A program made the translations under genes and the position numbers. Below, in pieces: positions 40,202-47,303 of a DNA stretch of 64,000 nt (within the stretch, counting starts at the first letter, position 1; each line of letters opens with the position of its first letter). Under the pieces are notes generated by a model. The model worked only from the letters and a program-made list of their open reading frames with translations, did not search any database and was not told the DNA's origin. The stretch is from a virus: the IMG/VR virus record IMGVR_UViG_3300046522_000297, positions 1 through 64,000 of that record, one strand, 5' to 3'.

Positions 40202-40276
40202 CGGAGTGTAGTCCAGTGGTAGGTCGCCTGCTTTGGGAGCAGGAACTCGAAGGTTCGATTCCTTCCACTCCGACCA
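40202..40276 (+). tRNA. tRNA-Pro(TGG)
   Basis: cloverleaf, CCTGC TTTGGGA GCAGG, CCA end. Confidence 0.92.
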
Positions 40277-40291
40277 AATTTAAGGGCAGCT

Positions 40292-40522
40292 ATGTTTTAT
40301 AGCGTAGTTGGTTTCGCAGTAATGATGTTAGCCATGTTGTACGTTACCATAGTATATGCCGTAGTGGCATTAAATACGCTAGGTGAATACAACATTGGCG
40401 GCGTACCTAATACCCTCCGTGCAAAAATCGGAGTTCTGGTAATAGGACTCGTAATAGGTGCGCTTTGGTGGAAGCTGATTCATAATCTTCCGTTTACAAT
40501 CCATATGTCTGTTAGCACATGA
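40292..40522 (+). CDS. small membrane protein
   Basis: two hydrophobic helices. Confidence 0.55.
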   Translation: MFYSVVGFAVMMLAMLYVTIVYAVVALNTLGEYNIGGVPNTLRAKIGVLVIGLVIGALWWKLIHNLPFTIHMSVST

Positions 40523-40693
40523 TTACTAAAATCGAGTTAGATAAAGATAACCGAATGCTTCGCATAGGCTTCGGTAAGAATGAAGGTAAATGGTTTATCC
40601 GTGTTGATCTTTGGACACACGGATATCGACTTACCGAGAAGTAAAATAACTCCGGCATTTAAATAGATGCCGGATATTAATAGAATACTAAGC

Positions 40694-40780
40694 TGTCCAG
40701 TGACCGGAACTGGCATCGGCCCCGGCTGTTAACCGGGTATGGAGTGAAATCCTTTGCAGGTTCGAAGCCTGCCTGGACAG
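40694..40780 (+). tRNA. tRNA-Asn(GTT), long variable arm, no encoded CCA
   Basis: TGTCCAG/CTGGACA stem, CCCGG CTGTTAA CCGGG, GCAGG TTCGAAG CCTGC, G73. Confidence 0.8.
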
Positions 40781-40789
40781 CTTAGTGTT

Positions 40790-41356
40790 CTAACGTTTAA
40801 GTTTTAAATACTGTTTCCTGACAGCGTTGTCTGAAACCCCAAATTTAGTACCGAGAGTTGTCATAGGGATTTTCTGCACTTCAATAAGATCAATCAGGTC
40901 AACCGAATTCCAGTCCACCCTTCTACGCATAATAGCCGCACATTTGTTAGAGCAATACGAAAGGGTGCTAGATTTTTCTGAACCACATACCGGGCAACTA
41001 TCACGGATAGGGATAATGGAAACAGACCTACCGTTAGAGTTGAAATTAAAAAAGGACCTATCTAATCTGGAATAAGTTTCAGGAAGATCTGAAATGCCTG
41101 CGTGTACTTCTCGGTGGCAATTTGCACATAGGAGTATGCATTTATCAAGTTCATTCAGAATGGAGTCTAATTTAATTGGGTTAGCTACTATTTTACCGAA
41201 CGAGAATTCCTTCTGAGAAGGATCTATATGATGGAACTCTAAAGCCGAGTTACATTTATCGTAAAAACAGATTTGACATCTGTTACCCATAGCTTCGACT
41301 ATACGGGTTTTAGTTGATTGTCTCCAGTTTTTTACACGTTGTGACGAAGTTAGCAT
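40790..41356 (-). CDS. HNH homing endonuclease, antisense within the tRNA cluster
   Basis: CQIC..C.SALEFHH.DP...KCILLCANCHREVH; C-terminal CxxC and HTH. Confidence 0.85.
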   Translation of the reverse strand: MLTSSQRVKNWRQSTKTRIVEAMGNRCQICFYDKCNSALEFHHIDPSQKEFSFGKIVANPIKLDSILNELDKCILLCANCHREVHAGISDLPETYSRLDRSFFNFNSNGRSVSIIPIRDSCPVCGSEKSSTLSYCSNKCAAIMRRRVDWNSVDLIDLIEVQKIPMTTLGTKFGVSDNAVRKQYLKLKR

Positions 41357-41438
41357 TTTATTGTTTTTGTAGTATTTCGAACCTTGAGTTGTATTTTAAC
41401 ATTTTATGTAATATAATTCAAGGTTCGAAAATAATAAG

Positions 41439-41515
41439 CCTGGAGTAGCTCAGCTGGTCAGAGCATTCGCTTGATAAGCGAAGGGTCAGTGGTTCAAGTC
41501 CACTCTCTAGGACCA
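41439..41515 (+). tRNA. tRNA-Ile(GAT)
   Basis: cloverleaf, TTCGC TTGATAA GCGAA, CCA. Confidence 0.93.
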
Positions 41516-41541
41516 GATTAACCATAACTAGAGAGGTCAAA

Positions 41542-41793
41542 TTGAGATTGACGCCTAGAGGTATTGAACGAGGTCTCCCTCCTCGTTTTAAAGTAAAAAG
41601 TGATAAGTGGTATCCTTGCCCTGGATTTATAAAAGATCCTGTTCCCGGATCCCAAGAACGTAAAAGATTTGATAAGTGGCACAAGCGTTTAACTAAGGTT
41701 AGATCTCTAGGCAGGCCAGATCCTTCGAGGATATTTTGGAGAATGCATCCGGAAGCTTACGCAAAGATGACTGACGGGAAAACGCCGTGGTAA
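41542..41793 (+). CDS. hypothetical protein
   Basis: TTG start after GAGG. Confidence 0.45.
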   Translation: MRLTPRGIERGLPPRFKVKSDKWYPCPGFIKDPVPGSQERKRFDKWHKRLTKVRSLGRPDPSRIFWRMHPEAYAKMTDGKTPW

Positions 41794-42052
41794 AGAAGCC
41801 TGAATTTGGACCGGGTAAGAGAAGAGTGGATGTAGTTGATGCGTTTATAGAAAACCAGGGATCATATGATGTTCTTGTGAGTAGACCTAAAAATCTCCCA
41901 ATGGAATGGCTCAACGGAACCCTCGTTACCACTGGTAAAATTCTAGCGATGAGAGGAAACCTTGTGGAAACCAACCAGTACGTGTACAATGTACTCAGTT
42001 GGGACCTTAGTAACATCTCCCGACAAATGGAACTGTTTTAATCGATTAACTC

Positions 42053-42147
42053 GGAAACGTTAGCCGAATCGGCATAGCGGCAGCTGCCTTGAAAGCAGAA
42101 GGCTCACGGGAGTGGGTGTGTGAGTTCGAGTCTCACCGTTTCCGCCA
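42053..42147 (+). tRNA. tRNA-Ser(TGA)
   Basis: long variable arm, CTGC CTTGAAA GCAG, G73-CCA. Confidence 0.92.
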
Positions 42148-42400
42148 TATAACTATAACAATGACTAAACAAGTAAAACAACCAGCAGTACCTCAGATGA
42201 AACCTCTCGTATATGCAGTGAAGTGGATCTGTGAAAACTGGAAATATTTAGCGCGCTAAGCCGATAACGCAGCAATTGCGTTGATCTAAAACCGCACCCG
42301 ATCCGGCAGGGTGTAGAGTTCGTTAGTAGGGAAGGTCTTACTTCTAGTGGTGGAATCTGCTAGGAGGTTCTACTAAGCGACTCATTCTTTTAACCTATAT

Positions 42401-42486
42401 GGGCGACGTGATAGCATGGCCACTATCCCGAGGCTGTAACCCTCGTGTCTCCGACTTTCTTCGTTCGAATCGAAGGTCGCTCACCA
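42401..42486 (+). tRNA. tRNA-Tyr(GTA)
   Basis: CGAGG CTGTAAC CCTCG, variable arm, A73-CCA. Confidence 0.88.
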
Positions 42487-42503
42487 AACACTAAAGGATT
42501 GCT

Positions 42504-42884
42504 ATGAGGAAAATAGCGATTTTGCAAGATTGTTGGAATTACGATAGCTATAGTAACGCAGAACGAATAATCGAAAAGATTACAGATTTCGTAGAAGTAA
42601 GTGATGAGGATTACAACCTCCTAGTGAATGCTTCACATCAACAAGGCTTTACCGTAATCCAAATGCCTTCAAATACTCAAGAGTTTGTAGAGAATACTGT
42701 ACAAGCGTATCTTGAGAGTATCAAGGCTAAAGAAGAGAAGCGTAGAAAAGCCGAACAAGAACGCAAAAGACTACGTGAAGAAAACAAGCGTAGGCAAAAA
42801 GAGAAAGAGGAAGAAGCCGAACGTAAGAAGTTAGAAGAACTTATACGTAAGCACGGTATTCCTAAATTAGACATTGCATCCTAA
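42504..42884 (+). CDS. hypothetical protein with charged coiled-coil tail
   Basis: RBS AAGGA; stop overlaps the 5' end of tRNA-Phe. Confidence 0.65.
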   Translation: MRKIAILQDCWNYDSYSNAERIIEKITDFVEVSDEDYNLLVNASHQQGFTVIQMPSNTQEFVENTVQAYLESIKAKEEKRRKAEQERKRLREENKRRQKEKEEEAERKKLEELIRKHGIPKLDIAS

Positions 42885-42951
42885 GCTAATCTGGTGAAAG
42901 CGACGGCCTGAAAAGTCGTAGAGCGTGGCTCGAAACCACGAGGGTGCACCA
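42876..42951 (+). tRNA. tRNA-Phe(GAA)
   Basis: ACGGC CTGAAAA GTCGT, atypical T loop CTCGAAA, CCA. Confidence 0.85.
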
Positions 42952-42970
42952 CTCAACAAAAGCACTATTC

Positions 42971-42979
42971 TTGGTATAA
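42971..42979 (+). promoter_or_regulatory. phage promoter motif driving the His/Val/suppressor tRNA unit
   Basis: TTGGTATAA GGAT AGTG + hairpin ATAGT/ACTAT. Confidence 0.7.
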
Positions 42980-43014
42980 GGATAGTGCATAAACTATAAC
43001 CAGAGTTTTTTGAT

Positions 43015-43088
43015 TTGGGCGTAGCTTAGTGGTAAAGCCGGGGATTGTGACTCCCCTCACACGAGTTCGATCCTCGTCGCTCAACCCA
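43015..43088 (+). tRNA. tRNA-His(GTG)
   Basis: GGGGA TTGTGAC TCCCC, C73-CCA; position -1 is T rather than G. Confidence 0.9.
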
Positions 43089-43227
43089 AATTAAAGGACT
43101 TTGTCCCTAGAGCATGGTAAATTCGGCACGCTCTCTAAAGTACCAGACCCGACCTCGTATGCGCCCATCATGGCCTTGTCGTAAAGACAGAGTAGTGGTA
43201 GACTAGGCAGAGGCTAGTCAGATTTAT

Positions 43228-43303
43228 GGTTCCTTAGCTCAGCTGGTAGAGCAAGATCCTTACAAGATCGAGGTCGGCGGTTCGATCCCGTCAGGAACCA
43301 CCA
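43228..43303 (+). tRNA. tRNA-Val(TAC)
   Basis: GATC CTTACAA GATC, CCA. Confidence 0.93.
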
Positions 43304-43312
43304 AGTTTCAAA

Positions 43313-43388
43313 GGGGGTATAGCTCAGTGGTCAGAGCAGAGGCTTCTAAACCCTTGTGTCCGGAGTTCGAATCTCCGTGCCCCCACCA
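43313..43388 (+). tRNA. amber suppressor tRNA (anticodon CTA)
   Basis: GGGGGTA/TGCCCCC acceptor, GCTC..GAGC D arm, loop TT-CTA-AA (CTA 43346-48), CGGAG TTCGAAT CTCCG, A73-CCA; C31:C39 mismatch. Confidence 0.88.
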
Positions 43389-43397
43389 AATTTCAAA

Positions 43398-43499
43398 CAT
43401 AAAATAGCTCAGAGTCCCGAATTGACAGAGCATTCCCCGTGAGGCTGAATCAGACGGGAGAGGTCGTTGAGAGACATCAGGGGTTCTCAACTTTTATGA
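43398..43499 (+). ncRNA. tRNA-like RNA A (expanded D, anticodon and T loops; no CCA)
   Basis: CATAAAA/TTTTATG stem, TA-GCTC..GAGC, CCCGT..ACGGG arm, AGGTC, GTTGAGA..TCTCAAC. Confidence 0.6.
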
Positions 43500-43510
43500 T
43501 TGGTTTCAAA

Positions 43511-43594
43511 CTCGAAGAAGCTCAAGCACTCCACAAGTGAGCAAGTCCGGTGTAGGACATAAGGTTGGTGGTTGGAATCCATCCTTCGAGGCCA
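43511..43594 (+). ncRNA. tRNA-like RNA B (aberrant anticodon arm, CCA end)
   Basis: CTCGAAG/CTTCGAG-G-CCA, GCTCA..TGAGC, GTCC GGTGTA GGAC, GGTGG TTGGAAT CCATC. Confidence 0.7.
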
Positions 43595-43603
43595 AGTTTC
43601 AAA

Positions 43604-43688
43604 CACGAGATAGCTCAAAGTCCCTTAACAGAGCAGTCCAATTACTGAAAACAGGTTGCTGGGCTCGGGTCCCCAGCTCTCGTGACCA
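43604..43688 (+). ncRNA. tRNA-like RNA C (no canonical anticodon arm, CCA end)
   Basis: CACGAGA/TCTCGTG-A-CCA, TA-GCTC..GAGC, GCTGGG..CCCAGC. Confidence 0.7.
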
Positions 43689-43729
43689 TTTCGTAACACC
43701 TTTTTTTAACCTTAAATAGAAAGCTAAAA

Positions 43730-44062
43730 ATGACGTAGATTTCCGAACACACCTACAATTACGTTTTTGTCAGAACTGATTTACCCATCCCTCAACAGCT
43801 AGTCCAAGCTGGACACGCTGCCTTAGAAGCTGGAGCAACTTTCGGTCGCATATCGAAAGACCCTGCTTCCCTCATCATACTTCAAGTAAAGAACAAAGCT
43901 AAGCTTGAAGAAGCAATGGCCAAGATCCAAGAGGCCGGAATCCGAATAGAAGCATTTTACGAGCCCGACTGGGACTATGGTTTAACTGCGTTTGCAACTG
44001 AACCCGTGACTCAAGAGAAGCGTAGTATTTTCCGAAAATTCAGACTCTGGAGCCAGGCATGA
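43730..44062 (+). CDS. Pth2-fold peptidyl-tRNA hydrolase-like protein with in-frame TAG at codon 3
   Basis: ATG ACG TAG ATT... then YVFVRTDL...QLVQAGHAALE...LIILQVKN..L......FYEPD..YGLTAFATEP......FRKFRLW; missed by the ORF track. Confidence 0.78.
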
Positions 44063-44625
44063 TTTCCGAAACCTTTGCAGATATGATGCATAACATGAGG
44101 CACTGTTATCAGTTCGAGAACGTGAACATGTATGAACATGGTTCAATGGTGCATGAATCCTTTAAACAACTTATAGCCCAGCTTGAGGGCGGAGAACAGA
44201 TCGTCGATCTTCCTCCGTAGATTTACGAGATTTATGAAGAAACTAAGCACCTACTGGTCAGCGACAAAGACCTGTTTATGTACCATGTGTTTCATGATTG
44301 TGGTAAGCCTGCTTGTCAGACCATAGACGAGCAAGGTAGGAAACACTTCCCGGACCATGCCAAGTGGTCTAAGGAGCAATACGTAAGGATCTTTGGTGAG
44401 AATGGGACTGTACCTGAGTTAATCGGGTCAGATATGGATTTCCATACAAAGTCAGGCGAAGACCTGGCCCACCTGTGGAATTCCCCCTTAGCTCTTACGT
44501 TGTATTTCACGGCCTGGGCTGAGATTATCGCTAACAGTCAAATGTTCGGCGGATTCGACAGTACCAGTTTTAAAATCAAAAAGAAGAAATTGATTCAAGC
44601 AGGTAAAAAATGGAAGAAGAGTTAA
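44059..44625 (+). CDS. HD-domain phosphohydrolase with in-frame TAG at codon 54 (44218-44220)
   Basis: ATGA-coupled to the upstream gene; MYEHGSMV before the TAG, FHDCGKP and HFPDHA after it, all one frame. Confidence 0.8.
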
Positions 44626-44873
44626 TTCTCCCTGATCCCGACTACGTAAAAAGTTACGATTACGGGACTGGAGAAAATCTGGATCTAGGGAGTTTGGTCC
44701 ATCATCTCAAGTCTTTAAACGATATCGTTCTTCAACAAAACGAACGCATAAAAACTCTGGAAGAGATTGTAAAAACGAACCAACCGATCGTTGATGCAAG
44801 TGAAACCCTGGTTCGTAAAACTAACAAACTCGCAGCCGGCGCATGGCCGTTCCCTTCACAAAGGAAATCATAA
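44610..44873 (+). CDS. hypothetical protein
   Basis: RBS CAGGT; coiled coil. Confidence 0.55.
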   Translation: MEEELILPDPDYVKSYDYGTGENLDLGSLVHHLKSLNDIVLQQNERIKTLEEIVKTNQPIVDASETLVRKTNKLAAGAWPFPSQRKS

Positions 44874-44930
44874 TGTTCATCACCCATCACTACAAGGCAT
44901 CTCACTTGTGTAATTTAACCACACAAGGAG

Positions 44931-45230
44931 ATGAAATTGAGCAATACCATCCGTCGCAAGACCCTCGCACTGCCGTACCACTTCCGTAACAAGTATATCC
45001 TTCTCGAAGGCTATAAGCCTCTTGAGGAGGGCGAACTGAAGAAAGCCGACCAACACTTCCGCCGTGACGGCCGTCGTTTCTTCCCAAGCTTCTCCGCACC
45101 GAAATGGTACCGTAAAGAACAACAGGGTCAGTTCAAAGTAAAAATCAAACACGAACTCAGCAAGTTCCAAAAGAACTCTGAGTATGAAGTCCAAATCGAC
45201 CGTAAATACCAACACGGTTATTGGGACTAA
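44931..45230 (+). CDS. basic hypothetical protein
   Basis: RBS AAGGAG. Confidence 0.6.
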   Translation: MKLSNTIRRKTLALPYHFRNKYILLEGYKPLEEGELKKADQHFRRDGRRFFPSFSAPKWYRKEQQGQFKVKIKHELSKFQKNSEYEVQIDRKYQHGYWD

Positions 45231-45237
45231 TCAACAT

Positions 45238-45311
45238 GGGCTTGAGCGTAGGTTACGTCGTCCTCCTTTGCACGGAGTGATGCTGGGTTTCGATTACCCA
45301 CAGGTCCACCA
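45238..45311 (+). tRNA. tRNA-Ala(TGC), atypical D arm
   Basis: G3:U70, CTCC TTTGCAC GGAG, TGGGT TTCGATT ACCCA, A73-CCA. Confidence 0.75.
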
Positions 45312-45412
45312 AAATTACAGGATCGCAACCTGGAAGAAAAACGGTTACTACGATGGCAGGGCGTAGTGAGACATCAAACTGGCGGTAAAATTCCGTAGTC
45401 CTGGCGTGTATT

Positions 45413-45486
45413 GCGTCGCAAACTTTAAGGTGAAGTAACGGACTTTTAATCCGTAAAACTGGGGTCAGTACCCAGGCGACGTACCA
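45413..45486 (+). tRNA. tRNA-Lys(TTT), atypical T loop
   Basis: ACGGA CTTTTAA TCCGT, CTGGG GTCAGTA CCCAG, CCA. Confidence 0.85.
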
Positions 45487-45512
45487 GAATTCATCCATTA
45501 AGATTTCCCGTA

Positions 45513-45522
45513 TTTGGTATAA
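45513..45522 (+). promoter_or_regulatory. phage promoter motif
   Basis: TTTGGTATAA GTAG AGTA + hairpin GAGTA/TACTC. Confidence 0.75.
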
Positions 45523-45568
45523 GTAGAGTAATAATACTCATCAATAACTTACTGTCCGAAGGGGTCTC

Positions 45569-45928
45569 ATGGAGTCAATCATCAACTGGCTGTTAGTGGC
45601 AGTCTTCAGCCTAACTTGCTTATCAGTATTCGCCAACGCCCTGTATGTAAAGACGGGATGGTCTGGCATAATAATACTTAAAGAGCGAGACCGTAGAATC
45701 AACTGGTATAAGAAGGTGTGCATTAAACACCGCCCCTTCTCCATATTATTCTCTCTGATGACGATAGCAGTAATCATAGTGTTATTTTCCATAGCCATGG
45801 GATACCTAGGTTCTCCTGACCGGTGCTGGGTCTGGATTATCTGGGGATGCATACAAGCTGGGTGGTTTCTAATCTTGAACTGGCTCTATTTAATAGCTGC
45901 CTGTGAAGAGATTGCGATCACCGGTTAA
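45569..45928 (+). CDS. membrane protein
   Basis: three hydrophobic helices. Confidence 0.6.
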   Translation: MESIINWLLVAVFSLTCLSVFANALYVKTGWSGIIILKERDRRINWYKKVCIKHRPFSILFSLMTIAVIIVLFSIAMGYLGSPDRCWVWIIWGCIQAGWFLILNWLYLIAACEEIAITG

Positions 45929-45978
45929 CCACCGAGAACCCTGCTAGTCAGGGTTTCTTTTTACCTAAGCGAGGATTT

Positions 45979-46443
45979 ATGACTCGTATCAATCTAGTCC
46001 ACCCTTCCAGACTTGCAGATCAACATCTGTTCGCTGAATGGCGTGAGATTAAACACATCCCGGCTTTTCTTAATCAGCTTTTAGCCAAAGGTAAAAGCAT
46101 TGAAGAGATCAAAGCCAAGATCCCTGAAAAGTTCTGTCTTAACACTGGGCACAAGTACTTCTTTGTGGATAAACTCAAATTCCTGAGTGGTAGGTTCTGG
46201 AAGATTCTAGCAGAGCTAGATGCCAGAGAATACAAGACGTTCAGCGGAGCGCCTTGGGAATGGGAGTACTCCCTGGAGAAAATTCCAGATGAGTACTTCA
46301 ATGACTACGTCCCTGATTATATCGCCCTCGAACTCTCTGAACAACGCCTCCTGGAACGAATAGATCAACGTCCGAACTGGTATCGCTATAAGGGCGAGAT
46401 CAAGGACTTGCAATTCTTCAAGGATCTGCTATACTCTAAATAA
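45979..46443 (+). CDS. denV: pyrimidine dimer DNA glycosylase (T4 endonuclease V-like)
   Basis: MTRINL....LADQHLFAEWREI, GH..FF.DKL.FL..R, RP.WYRY. Confidence 0.92.
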   Translation: MTRINLVHPSRLADQHLFAEWREIKHIPAFLNQLLAKGKSIEEIKAKIPEKFCLNTGHKYFFVDKLKFLSGRFWKILAELDAREYKTFSGAPWEWEYSLEKIPDEYFNDYVPDYIALELSEQRLLERIDQRPNWYRYKGEIKDLQFFKDLLYSK

Positions 46444-46453
46444 CCCTTCAACT

Positions 46454-46545
46454 GGTGATGTGGCTGAGAGGCTTAAGGCAGCGGTTTGCTAAACCGTCGA
46501 ATCTCTTACGAGGTTCCGTGGGTTCGACTCCCACCATCACCGCCA
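46454..46545 (+). tRNA. tRNA-Ser(GCT)
   Basis: GCGGT TTGCTAA ACCGT, long variable arm, G73-CCA. Confidence 0.93.
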
Positions 46546-46560
46546 ACATTCCCTAAACCC

Positions 46561-46743
46561 ATGAAAACCCGAGTCTATATTATAGAATCAGAAGCAGGAT
46601 GGGGCTCTAAAGTCGACGAAGTAAAAGAGTTCGACACTCGTGAAGAAGCTGAGAAATTCACGAAAGAGTACAACGACAAATATAATCCTCCAGGACCTAC
46701 TCCAAGCTGGTATATGATTGCCAGAATTGAGGGTACGTTTTAA
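46561..46743 (+). CDS. small hypothetical protein
   Basis: IIESEAGWGSKVDE...A..F...YN......TPSWYM. Confidence 0.6.
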   Translation: MKTRVYIIESEAGWGSKVDEVKEFDTREEAEKFTKEYNDKYNPPGPTPSWYMIARIEGTF

Positions 46744-46762
46744 TCAACAATAACCATGCATC

Positions 46763-46771
46763 TTGGTATAA
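46763..46771 (+). promoter_or_regulatory. phage promoter motif
   Basis: TTGGTATAA GACT AGTA + hairpin TAGTATAAT/ATTATACTA. Confidence 0.75.
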
Positions 46772-46804
46772 GACTAGTATAATAAACCACCCAAGGATTA
46801 TACT

Positions 46805-47254
46805 ATGTCCATCGTTTCCCATAAGTCTTTTGACGGATCCCTCGGTCAGGATGCAGTTCCTGCTATGGTGCTCTTCCACGAAGGCGCAGAATACATCGTA
46901 GTAAAAGGTTCCGATATCGAAACCCTCAAAGGTCTTGTAAACGATTACCACAAGGCCATGCTCGAATTCGGCACCCCAGTGCCTAGCAGCGGCTACACTG
47001 TGCCCGGAAGAGTATACCCTGCGGTGGTGTTGATCCCGGGGTCTGGTAAGGATATTGAAGGTCCTGCTGGATATTCCAAGGCAGAGTCTGAACTCGTAGA
47101 TATGATTGATGGTAAAGGCACTTTACTAACTTTCCGAATTGACGGTAAAACGGTAGACGCAGCACGTCTGAAAGGTAACCTCACCCTCCACACTGCTGCC
47201 ACCGAAGACTGGAGCGAAAAACACCACAGCGCCTTCTATTCGAGATTCGAATGA
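46805..47254 (+). CDS. hypothetical protein
   Basis: RBS AAGGA. Confidence 0.65.
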   Translation: MSIVSHKSFDGSLGQDAVPAMVLFHEGAEYIVVKGSDIETLKGLVNDYHKAMLEFGTPVPSSGYTVPGRVYPAVVLIPGSGKDIEGPAGYSKAESELVDMIDGKGTLLTFRIDGKTVDAARLKGNLTLHTAATEDWSEKHHSAFYSRFE

Positions 47255-47303
47255 AGGTAACAAAGACCGAGCAGTTAGCGGTCTTTTTTTGTTTAGGTAA
47301 ATA

